DNA from: Takakia lepidozioides
Lineage: Eukaryota; Plantae; Bryophyta
Reading direction: 5' to 3'
NCBI GenBank assembly: GCA_030704615.1
Contig: CM060734.1
Location: 18,972,001-19,036,000, forward strand
DNA: 64,000 bases
Shown: one piece after another, positions 50,790 to 64,000 of the stretch
How the letters are laid out: each line of letters opens with the position of its first letter
How positions within the stretch are numbered: position 1 is the stretch's first letter
The notes under the pieces: generated by a model
What the model was told of the DNA's origin: nothing
The model's database searches: none
What the model saw: the letters and a program-made list of their open reading frames with translations, nothing else
Made by a program: the position numbers and the translations under genes

Positions 50790-50960
50790 CCATCTCGCGC
50801 CCCTGCAAGCATCGCACTCCACGACACCACATCTCTTTCAGCCATAGTGTTGAACACTCCCTCTTTGCATTCCTCGATGCACCCACATTTGGCATACATG
50901 TCCACCATGGCAGTGTTCAAAATGACATTTGGTAATCTGACATGCATTCACCTTTTTGCC
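50790..50960 (-). pseudogene. PLS-class PPR gene fragment
   Basis: Minus strand reads PNVILNTAMVDMYAKCGCIEE..VFNTMAERDVVSWSAMLAG. Confidence 0.8.
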
Positions 50961-52307
50961 TCGATTGTCCCATCATTGGCTGGGGTCAGAAAAGTATTCA
51001 TTCCACAACTTCTTCTCGTCTTTGTTACCTGTTTCTAGATACTTTCCTGTTGTTACATTGGCAGTATCATGTCAAAGTCACTCCAAACTATCAAAGATTC
51101 ATTCAACCAGCCAACTTGCAAAATTCAAAATGACAATTTAGGGCCAATTCTGATAAGAGGGAAAAACAGGGTGAAATGTATTGAAGAAGGTGCCATGAAG
51201 GTTCATGAGCACTGCCCTGATTTTATCAATTGTGTCGTTGCTGCTGCGGCTTCCAGTTGACCATCTACCCAAGTAGGTTTTTTGTAGCTATCCTTCCACA
51301 GGGAATCATAGGTAATCTGGAGCTTGAAATCCGGCCCTCTTGGATAAATCTGGACCCACACTATATCCTTGCTCCTTCAGCTATCCATGCCTCTGCAGAA
51401 ATCATGCATACATCCTTGTCTTGCTGCTAGCAACTGACAATGACAGCCTAGAATTGTTCCAGCAAACAACCCTAACCCAATCATACTTATCACACTAGTT
51501 CTGTTTTTCAATACCTTCCACATTGGCAGTAACATCTCAAAATCACTCCAAAACCACCATAGATCCACCAACGAGCTAACTTGCAGAATTTAACATGAAA
51601 GTTAGGGACGATTATGATAATAGGGTGAAATGTGTTGAAAAAGTTGAATCTGGACCCACACTCTATCCCTGCTCCTTTAGCATCCATACCTCTGCACAAA
51701 TCATGCATACATCTTTGTCTTGCTGCTAGCAGCTAACAAAGACAGCCTAGAATTGTTCCAGCAAACACCCCAACCCTACTTATCACACTAGTTCCTATGC
51801 TGACTTCCGACTGCTTCCAACATGGATTCGCCTTTTTGCCTCGATTTTTCCACCATTGAGTGGGATCGGAAACATATTCATTCTAGAGCTTCTCCTCGTC
51901 TCTGTTATCTGTTTTTCGATACTTTCCTGTTAACATGTCAAAATCACTCCAAAACCACCATGGATCCACCAACAAACTAACTTGCAGAATTCAACTTGAA
52001 AATTTATGGACACTCTGATAACAGGCAAAAACAGGCTGAAATGTGTTGAAAAAAATGCCTTCATTAGCAGTGTCTTGTTCTATTGGTTGCGCTGGTGCCG
52101 TTGCTGAACTTCTAGTTGACCATCTACCCACGCAGATTTCTTGTAGCTATGGATCCACAGGGAATTAGAAGTAATCGAAAAGTTTTTGGATAAACAATGT
52201 CAAACATCCTTATGTTATAGACCTCATCATCTTGGATATTGTAGAGGGGTTGTAATCTCTCAGAGTGTATCGCCCCCAAGAGACTCCGTCTGTTTTTGGA
52301 ATGCGTA

Positions 52308-52657
52308 TGTAAAGTTAATTTTGCCTGTAATGTGAATTTATAACTAGGACATAATTAGTTTTATATATTGACAGTTGGGGTGGCCCAAATGCCAAACTAG
52401 GGATCAAGAACTTTTCGGAGGTGGCCTCATGGAAGTCGCTATGAGGCCCAGCTTTCTCGAATTAAGCCTCACCGTTTGGTTATGGCATCGTAGTGTGGAT
52501 TCCAACAGGACGGGGTACACTTGGTTTAATTGATTTTATGAGGGCTGATTCCTTATGAATATTGAGTGAGATTTATCTATTGTGGCAAACTAGTTTATTG
52601 TGTGTTGTGTGGTTTGGACCCTGATGTAGTTGTGTAACGATACATATACGCACGACA
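52308..52657 (+). mobile_element. Diverged solo A-B terminal unit of the split-repeat retroelement family
   Basis: TGTAAAGTTA.. start, A-like motifs (tattgaca, ctttctcga..agcctcaccg, cgtagtgtggattcc), then a B-like end 'tgtgttgtgtggtttggac..gatgtagttgtgta..cgcacgaca'. Confidence 0.8.
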
Positions 52658-54399
52658 GTTGGATGAAAATATGACATGTTTCATCTTCTGAAACAATTAT
52701 ACAAAGGTTTCAAATGGAATATAAGTAATGGAACAAACATCGCTCTTAAATCTGTGGGTCGATTAAAATATTGTCGACTTCATGTGGAGTCTAAGACTTA
52801 AAGATCAGCAACCGGGTTGGAACCTTAAGAGGTCTGCAGTTAGTCTGGAAAGTCATTTTAGAGTTACTATAGAACCGATGACTATGTGAAAGAAAGAAAG
52901 AGATAGACAAAGATGTGACTCAAGTAGACAACCACCTTTGCTAGTGTACATCAAACATTGAGCACCTAGAATCTGCTTATTTATGATTGTGGTTTGATGT
53001 TTCAAGAGTACAAGTTATGCAACAAAATGGCACTAAATTATATATAATTTGAGTATTTCATAATTGCATATATACTAACTGGAGTGTCTGTTCTTGCTAA
53101 GTAGTAGCACTAGTTAGAGATTATACATATGAGATGTCATCATAAAGCTGAAACAGTAAAAAGATCTGATAGTTTAGAAGCTGCAAATCTATATTGGATT
53201 ACTTGTTTTTCGAGCAGAAACTGTCAAGCCTTTAATTCAAGTGTTATTGTAGTCGTTGTATTTCTAGATCATGCGGGTTGAGTCTTAAGATATGTTTGAC
53301 AAATGTTCATGCGTGGTGTGTAAATCTTGAGAGGTTACCAAGGATGACGAAGTGCTGGTGACAACATGCACAAATGACTCTACGGGTGATATTTCTCAAG
53401 TACTACGATGGTGCTCTAATGCATGTAACTTAGACACTATGAAGAATGATATGTGCATTGTATTGTTTTATCTTCCATTGTAGCAATACTGTGCATCAAG
53501 ACCTTAGACTAACGGTTGACCATGAGTGGAATTCAGAGCGATATTTTGCACTATATGTTATGTATGATGCCTCCCGAAGGAAACATAAATTATGGTGTCT
53601 CTTGACCCCGAAGCGCTACTGCCTTCCAACAGGAAGGTGGACACCTTTGTGACACCAATCGGTGGATTGAACCCACAACCACTTCCGAGGTGGTATGTGC
53701 CCATTACCACTGGGCTACAACTTGGTTGTCATTTGAACTACATAAGATTGTGGTTAACATGTAGAGTACACCTCCATCAAACTCCTATAAATTTGATACT
53801 AGGGCTTCGCGTTGCTCCGCACTACTAGCGACGAATTTTGAGTACTATGTTCAATTTTCAGAAAAAAAAAAACGGGGTCATCCCTACACTATGGTATATG
53901 TACATACATCCCGTATTTCATTGTTTTGCGGGGGGTTGGTATCAACAGAGAGACAGACATTGGAAGCTGTGCGTTCTGCATTTCTAGAGCCACTAGTGCC
54001 TTGCCAGGCTGATACCGTGCATCCCCAAAAAGTAACCTTGCAACCAAAGATTCAAGACTGTGACAAGGGCTGAGTAGTTGGACGAGTGTGACAGGTGTGA
54101 GGCTGAAAACCTTTGTCAAAACAGTGAAGGAAGTACGTCTGCACACAGAGGGATTCAAATAGCCTTTTGTTCAAATAGTTGGAGGGCCTCCATCCCACAC
54201 CCATGATGGACATATCCTGCTATCATCTTGTTCAGCCTGCTTATTGTATATCGATGATGTCAGAATGGACCTCTTTGCCCCTTTCCAAATCTCTAAGGCT
54301 GGCACATGCATGTAAAACGGAAATGAATGTGACTCTGTCAGGCATCATCGTTTCTCATTGCACTTGCTCACCCACCCACCCAAAATGGACCTCTTTACC

Positions 54400-54600
54400 A
54401 CACCCCAAAGCTTGGCATATCCTTCTATCATTATAATGCACGTAAACATATCTGATTCGGGCATTTTGTCAAACACTTGGAGTGCATCCACGATGCTCCC
54501 ACACTTGGCATACATTTTAACATGGGTACTAAATAGAAAAATATTTGGCTTGCATCCACTTTGGACAATGTGGGCATGCACCTGCTTTCCCTCAGCCATT
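54400..54600 (-). pseudogene. PLS-class PPR gene fragment
   Basis: GKQVHAHIVQSGCKPNIF..MYAKCGSIVDALQVFDKMPESDMF..MIEGYAK. Confidence 0.85.
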
Positions 54601-55289
54601 TCATGTTGATACACTCCTGCAAGATTGAGACATAAGTGTTGGAATTTGCATGAATGCCCTAGAAGTGCAAAGCCCTTTTTAGTCGTCCTGCCTTACACAA
54701 CATCTTCACATCCCTGGTAGTGCCAAATGAGTTTTGTTTACCCCCTCTCTTTGTTCTCTTTTGAGTGCAGTGGTGATACCCCTGCAACTAGTCTGATGTC
54801 CAACCAGTGACTGTGCCTGATTCAACCCTGTCATCCTGCATGACTGTGAACTATTTTTTACAAACCTTACACTCCAACAAAGATAATGTCTCAAAGCTCC
54901 TTGAATATAGCCTATTTTCATTAGGACAGGCTTATTGGTACATAGCAATGGAGTTACAAAACTACAATAGTCATCTTTAGGAATAAACTGTACAATCTCT
55001 ATTTGTTCAGGTTTGACCCTTGGATGATCATCAGAACCATACCAATTGTACTCTTCGCCTGGAAATCCATGGCGCACATCAGCATTAAGACTATCTCCAG
55101 ATTGTGCTTGACGTTGCATCACAGTAGCTAGCTCTGCTTACACCCAAAGAGGGTCCAACCATTTCTCAATCCCAACTACTTCCTTTGTAGCCTCATGTCT
55201 GAAGTCTGGCGATCTTGGATTTTTCTGTGAAAACCGTGAGTGGATAGCTGATACAGCATACAGCGGGCTATATGCACTCCATCTCCAGA

Positions 55290-55716
55290 GATGGTTCAAA
55301 TAGCAGGGTGTGGGCAACGTTTTTCTATGAGGCCAACATACCATTCAACGTGGCACGGTTCTCATCGTTTGTTTCAGCTGTGAGAACAACTTCGGAGTCA
55401 AAATGCACGTACATACCACCTCCTTACAATGCTCTACGTACGGGATTGTTGGAAGAGGCCATGACTGACCTTTCAAAACGAGTAACAGAACGAACCGGGG
55501 ATTCATTGCGAAAATATGGAAATACATTATGTGCCAGATTGGAGCTCAGTCACAAACCGACCATTATTCAACATCATGCTCGTATGTCTAGCGGGGGAAC
55601 AATTTATAGGAGCTATTGACACAACCGGGGAATGGAAGGATGCACGTTACCAGTTTCAGGTGCTATCGAAAGCCATTGACTCTGTTGAACCAGACAAAAT
55701 TGTACAAATTTATTGA
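55290..55716 (+). pseudogene. hAT transposase fragment (DUF659-like)
   Basis: FFYEANIPFNVA, YIPPPYNALRTGLL, DWSSVTNRPLFNIML, FIGAIDTTG. Frameshifted. Confidence 0.8.
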
Positions 55717-58700
55717 TAACAAAGTGGACATTCCTGGACAATGGTTGGAGCCTCGACATGAGAGATATCAACGGAAAGGTCTCCGGTTCAAATCTGGTCG
55801 TAGGCTATGTGGAAAAAAAATGATGAGATATGGCTAAAACGAATTTCAAGTACTTTTGGTCGTTGGACAATGATTGGAGCCTCGACAAGAGAGATATCAA
55901 GGGAAAGGTCTCAGGTTCAAATCTGGTCGTAGGCTCTGTGGAAAAAAATGATTAGATATGGCGTGCTTCATATATTCATGCACTTGGAGATATATCAATA
56001 ATGATTGGATATATTACTACTCAATAAATTCATGAAAAAAATTAAATTGGGCCTTGACATGGGAGACGAACTTGGATACATAGGAGATAGCACTTGGGCT
56101 TAGATGACACTGAACACTTGGGCCTCTACAGAGAGATGCACTTGGATGCATGAATAGAAGATTGCACTTGGGCTTAAATGGGCCTCGACAGATAGGGCTC
56201 TATGTCCATGATGTCGTTCATCATGGACATCAGGGTTCATTATTGGCATGAAGGTTATGTCTGTTGGGAAAATTTTGGGAAAATTTTGGGTCCAGCTTTT
56301 GAGGCGGGTCCATTTTTTTTCCGCTCCCACTTTGGGCAAATTTATGTTTGCCATGGCCAAACAAACAATGGACCAATCAACAATACCAATTATTTGGGTC
56401 TAGAGGTATAAAAGTAGATAGTACACATCATGTTGGATATTATTGATGTCCCTGCTTTTTCATGTTCCTGTCTTTTTCCGGAGCTGGCACACCCCAAGTT
56501 CATCCATCTAAGCAGAAGCTTCATCCTTGTAAGTGCCCAAGCCTTTAAAATACATAAATAAATATAAATATATCAAACGACCTCCAAAGTAGGCCCATGC
56601 ACCTTTCACTTTATAGAAGATAATCTGCTCAATCTTGCCATCTTGCTCAAGTCGAGAAACAATCAAGGATCAAGGGTAAGGGAGATTAAAACAACTGACA
56701 AAATGCACCCAATATTGTGGAAAAAAACACATACCAATATTGATTTCTTACACCTGCCAAAGAATTTTTGGTCTCAAGTTTTGGGCTTCACCCTACTGTA
56801 CCTTGGTATAGTATTCTTCAATGAGCACATTCATCCATCCTCATACTTTAGTTAAGGGAAAAAAAAATGTGGATGCGTTGCCAAGGCAAGCGTAAATTAT
56901 GGTGTCATCTGATGCCGATTAAATTAAATTGCAAGCTCTCAATAATAATAACACCTTTCCCCACTCCATCAGATTAGAACAATTGATTTTCTCATGAAAA
57001 AAAACATTAAAACAAAACACCGACCGATATCGATCTTTTCAGCTGCCAAATAATTTTGGTCTCAAGTTTCGGCTACTAACTTAGTGCTAGCCTCGTATAG
57101 TAATTTTCAATGTAGCATATTCATCCATCCTCATACTTTAGTTTTAAGAAAAACATGTGGATGCATTGCCAAAGCAAGTGTATGGTGTCACTTGACCCCC
57201 ATTAAAATATGATGCAAGTTATTGAGTAGTAATATATCCAATCATTGTTCCAGGAAAGCCCACTTTGCTATTTTTCATGAATTTCCAGCGACCCAAAGCA
57301 CATGAAATTCTATATCTCCCACTTCGCAGGTCCGAAAATTGTTTTCATTTATTTTTTTTAAAGAAAAAAATTGGTGTGCACCTCCTCATCGAGGGCTTTC
57401 CAACGGTACCAGCACCAAGGCTGGCCCCGCGGTTTCGGAGATCTCAACGCTACAATTGCTTTGGCGCAACATAAGAGGAAGGTAAGACTAGGGAGCTTGA
57501 CTCAGCCCAACACACCAATCAGCGCCTTGACAAGGTGTAAGGTACTTTGACCACATTTTCTCCATTGACTTGCATGTCTCCTCAAAGTCTCCCTCTACAA
57601 GAGAGCCAACAATCAAACAAACTACTTTGCTTGATATAGGCTATGGTAACAATGTTCTTTTCTCCATCCCATGATTTAAGCTCTAAGGGACTCCAAGTTT
57701 CCAATCCATGGGTAAGTCCGTGCCTTTATGAAAGGCGAACTTTATGTCCAAGTGTGGGGGCCAGGGGTCAACATCCCAATTGCCAAATTCCTACAATAGC
57801 AATACCTATACTGTAAACTTACTGCAAATTCCTGACAGTGTTTTCCCTCTTAAAATGCATGGAGTGCCACCCAGGTGGTCCTGGGCTCAAATCCTGGATA
57901 CTATCCCTCTCATAACCAGGTTTGGCGGTTCAATTGATGAAAGGGGGTTATTTTTTCTGAATTGTCCCAGTAGTCAGGAGTCAGGACCAGGGCTGTGGGT
58001 TTTATTGAAGGACCACCAAAGTTAACCGGAATGTTGAGTAATAATGAGGGTGTGGAATCTCCCCACAGATGTGGTGGAAGTGTCCGGAGTGATTATGGCA
58101 GCGGGAATGGTTGTTGCCGCAGCGAAGACCAAAGCTTTATGGCTCTTGCGCAGTACCCGATCTCTTCAACAACCCAGCTCCGCACTGTGGGGATGACGCT
58201 CAAGCTGCTCAACAGACTCGTTCTTGGCCTCCTCTCTCATCAGGCTCAAGTTGGGCATGGTCCGTTATGATTGGGTCCTACACCAAGATCTCACTCTCTG
58301 TCTCTGTATCTCTCACACACACACCAAGGTGAGCTTCTCGTCTCTGTCTGTCGGAGAGTGTCAGACTTTGAGTGGGTCTTGGAGCTAAGGATCATGTGGA
58401 GTCTGGGCTCTGCACATACCAAGATCACAATGTGGGGTTAGTGTTGTGTTGGTGGCATGATCTGAGAGAGCGCCGGCGCGGAGACGGGTGGAGTGCATGA
58501 TATTGCAGCGGGGCAGCCTTGTTCATGCTGGAGCTCTTTATATTCTCCAGGTCAGTACTTGTCCAAACCCTCCAGCCCATTTCAAAAGTATGAATACAGC
58601 GTTCTACAACTATTTACTCGGCCTTTAGCATGACTAAAAGTGCTTGATGAAAGCTGTAGAGGGAGCCGGTTCCTCAGATTCTTAGAAAATCAACCGATCA

Positions 58701-59481
58701 ATCAAGTGTCCCTAGCACAGGTCTGGTGCGAAAGGAGGAAGCGTTATTCTACCAAAGCCTTGTCCTTTTTCTTTGAGTACAATATCATGATGGGCGATTT
58801 CTAGCCGGAGTCCTAGAGCACATTTTCTAGGGTTCCTCTCCCTGATGGGCGGAGCGCTTGTTTTTTTGGTAGGCCATTGCGGTGGTTGGTCTTCGGGGCC
58901 GGCAGATGAAGGTGGAGGGAGACCTCCTCAGAAGAACGGCTAAGGCTTACGTCGAGCGAAACAGGGGCAGTGCTACTTTGTCGACACAAATGTAAGTAAT
59001 TTAGAAGGCATTCTACCGGAATTCGGTGGAGCGAGACTGAAGATGAATCAAGGTCTCGGGGCTCTGAGATAGAGCGATGCGTAAATCTGAAACCATGAGT
59101 GCTGTATCAAGGGATTACAAACCTTTTATATCTGCATGGAGATGCCACGACAGGAAGTTTTGTACAGACAAAACGTGAGGTGTGTTACGCAGGCAAGTGG
59201 ATGGTGTGAACGGGAGAAAGGCCCTTTGTATGAGGATCGCAGTTATGCCTTACTTCTGCGTCCTTATACCAACTTTATTGGGTACATTGGTGGAAGGAAC
59301 TTCCGATTAAGTACCGAGAGAGGTCGCTGGTAAGAAATTTGCAGAGAAATGCTGAAGACAGGGGCTAAGAAACTCACACGTTCACGTGATTCATTCTCCT
59401 GCACTGGTGTCACCGAGTCGTCTCGTGACCTGTAAATCTAAATCCGAGTCACCGTGCAGTGGGGAAGTGGATGCGACTGAA

Positions 59482-60570
59482 ATGGCGGCGTCCCAAATCT
59501 TGGCAATAGGCCTCAGCGTAGTCATCGGTGGGTTCATTCTATTGTTGCTTGGGGAGCTCTATTATCTTCTTTGTTGGCGGAGGCGACCAATTACAAACGC
59601 ACGAGTGAACAGCATTGCTCAGGACCTTCTGGTATCTGTCGAAGGTGGGGAGATGGAGGTAAATTTGGACGTTGCTTTCACTGGCACCTGTGGAGGCTAC
59701 CAGGTTTCAGCCCTTCACGCTGACATTGTTAACAAGCATGCTGAACTGGTTGAAAAGCTCTTTCCTTTAGCATTCAATGCTGATACAGAGGGAATCCCTT
59801 TGCACACATTGTTGGGTCCACCTCGCATGCTTTTCACCATCAAGGAAGAGACCAAGGAGGATTTAGAAGGCATCACATTCGACAACAAGAGTATGTGGAG
59901 GTCCACAGAAAAGAGTTTGGACAGCTTGCAGTTGTCTTTGGACACAGTAATAAGCCCAACAGACAGCCCCTATATTACCCCCCCTTCATCTCCGCCGTCC
60001 ACTAGCCCCGATAAGACCCCCCCAATAACCCCATTGTCAAGCCTGCAGACCCTCTCACCTACTTGTACCCTACCTTTTTTCTCACCTTCCTTCGAGTGTT
60101 TCAACACTCCCCTGGACTCAATTCCTCCCATTGGCTTTGGTGTGGGACTTCTTCCCCCTTCAGTCGGAGGTTTTCTGGAGCAAGCTTTTTCTTCAACACC
60201 TCCAATACCCTCTTCTCCTACAGCCTCCATCCTATTGTCGTCTTCTCCCAAGACTTCCTGTAGAGCCCCATCTCCCAGCAGATCCCCTTTCCTAGCATTG
60301 GCTTCCCCCAAAAGCCCTTTCTTGCTGCCACCTTCCTCAAATTCCCATATTTTAGCGACAGCCTCTCCTAAGACGTCCTTGCTGGTGTCGTCCTCCCCCC
60401 AGACCCCGTTCTTTGTGACCACACCCAGAAGTCCTAAGGAGGATTTGTCCAATACTACTTCCTCTTCCCCTCCAGTCATGACCTTCTGTACTAGTTTTGG
60501 CCCAAAGAAGGGACCTTTAAGCCCCAGCCAACCTTCCTCTGGTCACAGTCCCCTGTATGCAGCAATGTAG
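59482..60570 (+). CDS. Conserved plant single-pass membrane protein of unknown function (At5g59350/At2g39560-like), Ser/Pro-rich C-terminus
   Basis: Intact 362-codon ORF from the ATG at 59482. N-terminal TM 'IGLSVVIGGFILLLLGELYYLLCWRRR' and family motifs GPPRMLFTIKEETKEDLE and PYITPPSSP. Confidence 0.85.
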   Translation: MAASQILAIGLSVVIGGFILLLLGELYYLLCWRRRPITNARVNSIAQDLLVSVEGGEMEVNLDVAFTGTCGGYQVSALHADIVNKHAELVEKLFPLAFNADTEGIPLHTLLGPPRMLFTIKEETKEDLEGITFDNKSMWRSTEKSLDSLQLSLDTVISPTDSPYITPPSSPPSTSPDKTPPITPLSSLQTLSPTCTLPFFSPSFECFNTPLDSIPPIGFGVGLLPPSVGGFLEQAFSSTPPIPSSPTASILLSSSPKTSCRAPSPSRSPFLALASPKSPFLLPPSSNSHILATASPKTSLLVSSSPQTPFFVTTPRSPKEDLSNTTSSSPPVMTFCTSFGPKKGPLSPSQPSSGHSPLYAAM

Positions 60571-62786
60571 CCAGGAGGATATTTAAAGCAGCACTCCCTC
60601 AGTGACAGATGCAATGATCTGCAGCTAGGCCACCTTGCATGGGTGCATTGCTGGAATGGATGGCAATTTGCCGTCTTTCAATAAGATAGTTCTAGTTCTG
60701 ATGACAGTTGCCGGGGATCTGCATTCTAGCTGAATTAGTTTGTTCTTTGAGCTACAGCTCGCTCTAAGTGGGAGTATTCGAAGACTAGCTAATCAGTCTC
60801 TGTACTTACACAGACTTGTGCAATCTTAAACTTTCCCCAGTAATGAAGGCGTTGGTTAGTGGGGCTATTCAACTCGTTGACCTTAGTATTTCAAACCCAG
60901 TCTCTGTATGGAACAGTCGTGAATATTTCACATGTTGGTGTGGAGCAAGCCCTGGTGGGTTGTAGAGATGCAGACAGAACAAACAAATGGGCTTCAAAAA
61001 TGATACTTTGCACTTGTTAATGTGTCCCTGATGTCAGCCCTCTTGTGACTCAATCTTCCCACTGCTACATGGTGCGGAGGTTTGTGACCCTTTCGTGAGG
61101 ATCCGTTTGACGCTTTCAAGTAAAGCAGTGAAGCCAAAACGTACCAGACTCCCAAGGAAGCTATTTCTCAGTCCAGACACGCACACACCTAGTTATAAAC
61201 GTTCTGATGATCTTGAAATCAGGCTGCTCAAGGTCTCCACGAGTGCACCTCACCAAGAACGAGCGAGTTAAAAAATCGAAGACTCCTCGTAGATGAAGAC
61301 ACGTCGTAATCAGCGACTTCGTAGGTAGTGAAACTTTAGGAGGTGCAACTTGCATCTCCCTACAATGTCAACCCACCCCGGTCCCCCATTTACTTCACTT
61401 TCTTATTAGAGGAAACCGTGTATCTTCCATAATAAGGGATTCAGAATCTGCATCCTACTTGTGTGCAATTGAAAAGGCTACCCGGAATGTTCATAGTTAT
61501 TAGCATCTTAATGTTGTCTTTGAATGTTCCTTCCCTGTGGACTTCTTCGTAAATCGTCGGGGCCCACCAACCTCTGTGAGTCTTCAAAGTTACAAGGTTA
61601 GCCACCGGTCCTTCTATATGTAAGTTACGTACCTGTTGTCATGCACGTCTGTCTCGGAGTATGGAACGATCGCAACAGCCAAAATCCGTGGGACCCACAC
61701 GCAAGCCTTAAGTGCTTTTGCATAATTGCTCGTGCCTCGCACGTATACTGATCTTGCAGATCACCTTCCATGTTGGTACTGCTGTGTGTACCTACAACGG
61801 AGGGCTGGCTGCTTATCGATGCACACGACATTCATGCATCCTCTCATGATCATCAGTAGGATGCATTTTGGAATAAGATGAGAACAAGATGAAGGCGTGC
61901 AACAACAAGCAGCTTTGGTTGCAGACTGTCACTCACGAGAAACGATATTGCAGTGGGGATTTTAATCTGCGTTTATGGACTCGTGCGCTTTCTGTCATCA
62001 TACGGTTTCGTCAGTTTGAGGTTTGTTGGGACGTTCTTGCCGTTCTGGGAGGTAATAATAAGTCTGTTTCTTGGTCTATTCCTTTCTTGCACTGATGAGA
62101 GGAGCTTCTCCTTGAGGGGCTGCTGAAAAGCATTCCAATTTGCACTTCACTGTTGTTTTCTGCAATTTACTCTCCTTCAAAATTCCAGAATACTTGACTG
62201 TCTTGTCAACTACCGGAAGTACATTACCCAATAGACTGAATGTTTGAGCTAGTTCAAAGTTCAAACACAACAAAGAGGGATATTATTACTATTCTCATTT
62301 TTGCAAGAGGGGACAGAGGCCCTGGACAAGTATGTTTTTATTGTGTGGGACCTTCTAGGGCCTCTCCCAAAAGAAACTATTTACGTCCGATCTATGAAAG
62401 AATAGATCCCCTTGACATGTTCACTGAAAAATCATATAGGTCAATCAAAAGAAGAAGATGATCTCTATTGCACATCCAATGCAGCACAACTTGGAGAGCA
62501 ACTCCACTGTAAAGCAAAATGCAGACCTCTCGTTTTCACTACTCATTTTAGAAAATTGTTATCTCAATAGCTTCGTGTGACTCTTCATCAACTCTTTTCT
62601 ATGTTCCTCCGCACTGAACATTCTGGAAACGAATCTCTGATGCAATGGAACACGGGGAGTGGAGAAGTTGTCACTGTCCGGCCTGTGCGAGTCCGCATCC
62701 GAACCAGGAGGGGTGTTCAATTTCTGTTTACAAGAGCCGAATCTCTCCTCGCCCTCCAGATGCGGAACTCTGGACACCAGAGGAGT

Positions 62787-64000
62787 TGTCAAGTTATTTC
62801 ACCACTAGTGTGAAACTAGCTAGAAAATAGCTAGCTTTTACATATTGACATTTGGGATTGGCCCAAGTGTCAATCCAGGGATCAAGGTAAATTTAGGCCC
62901 TGGAGTGGTTATCTTCACGGCAAGCGCGGGAGGCCCATCTTTCTCGAGTTGAGCCTCACCGCGCCTAGCTATGGCGCCGTAGTGTGGATTCCCCATTGAT
63001 TGGGGTGGACTTGGCTTAACTTGTATTTGAGTGATGAGGTTATATATGCATGAGTTTATGCTTCAGCTTTGTGAGCTCGCATGAGCTTGTGCTTGTATTC
63101 TTCTTCTTTATCACTCGAGAAAGATGAGCTCGTATCTGTGAGTGCCAGATACGAGTTAGTTGTAGCACTTGTGGGAGAGAAACCAGGTTGTTATGCAAAG
63201 AGCACCGTGGAGTTCTTGGTTGTTAGGAGCGGAGGCGATGTGGGTTACAAGGTGGTAGACCTTGGCATTCGAGCTTCAGCTTCAGAGATGAAAGCACCAT
63301 GCTGCAGGTAATTCCAGAGCACCTTGATGGTTTCAGATTGTGTACATGCATGATGAGCAAGCACGATTGGGAAGAGGATCAGTCAAGAGCAGGTTATAGT
63401 GACTTTGGTGGCAAAGCTGAGAACTGGCCTTGGGAATGCGAGCTTTCATTGTGTGAAGGATTGCAAGACCAAGTGCATGTGTGGAGCATGCATTCAGCCT
63501 AGTTAGGCCTCCATCTTTAAGCTTTGGAAAGCTAGAAGAGAAGGTAAGGGGCTGATCTGCTCTTATGTGACAGTCCGACACTTGTAGAGCGTGTTCTGAG
63601 TTGGGGTTTCAACTACAAGCCTAGATAGAGCATGGCTCTTGAAATGGCAGGTGTAGGGGGCTGGAATAGGCTCTAAGACACATTCTATGGCCAAGGAGAG
63701 CGCATGAATAAGTGCTCACAAGGGCTGGAAACCAGCAAGGCTCGGTTGTTTGCCATTGAGTTGAGTGACGGGTTTTGGGATCTAAGTGAGAAAGAGGGCT
63801 TGGATTGTGGCAAACATCTTCCTCATGACTTGGAGCTATTATTGGTAGTGTGTGGGAGCCGAAGAGAGAAAGAATACCTTGCTGATTTCCTCACAGCCGC
63901 CATAGCTCGGTGCAAAAAAAGCTTAGAATTCAAGGAAATACTAACCCTAGCTTGGTGTGGCTAAACCCCTTTGGAGAAATGGCTAAACTGCCATGAGCAG
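62787..64000 (+). mobile_element. Second copy of the split-repeat retroelement (5' end; runs off the window)
   Basis: Repeat A at 62787-63113 begins at the same TGTCAAG and is followed by the same ACTCGAGAAAGATGAGC site. The leader is homologous to 16290-17820 with an internal deletion. No B repeat lies upstream. Confidence 0.93.

Noticed and set aside
59970-60479. 169-aa antisense ORF
   Set aside because: Shadow of the Ser/Pro-rich sense gene.
61161-62786. Possible minus-strand exons interrupted by the second retroelement copy
   Set aside because: No recognisable protein motif and no reliable splice chain could be built by eye.

Overview
Eukaryotic, intron-containing, transposon-dense plant DNA. 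PLS-type PPR fragments, an At5g59350-like gene and the TE families point to a seed-free land plant such as a moss; this is inference. The left half is a nest. An AT-rich hairpin repeat array holds a hAT MITE (1857-2674). Two L1/Tx1-type LINEs are joined tail-to-tail (3205-9860). A minus-strand Mutator (MULE) transposase gene (~9850-31644) is split by a 19.9-kb MULE-like insertion (10279-30137, 9-bp TSD). That insertion has no visible transposase of its own. It carries a spliced beta-class N6A/N4C DNA-methyltransferase-like gene, a SWIM gene, an inverted pair of unknown paralogues and many copies of a 22-bp palindrome. Inside an intron of the MTase-like gene sits an 11.7-kb Ty3/gypsy-type retroelement (15973-27704) encoding Gag-PR-DNMT3-like cytosine methyltransferase-RT-RNaseH-integrase-PHD. 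It does not have two ordinary LTRs. It has split direct repeats A...B-A-B, a palindromic B/A junction and a self-complementary primer site. A second copy starts at the same A end (62787) and a diverged solo A-B unit lies at 52308-52657, so the architecture looks family-wide. The right half is AT-rich TE debris, MITEs, a MITE-centred fold-back duplication, PPR/hAT/LINE fragments and one apparently intact host gene (59482-60570). The main candidates for a new system are the split-repeat, integrase-bearing DNMT3/PHD retrotransposon and the amino-MTase-carrying MULE-like element.
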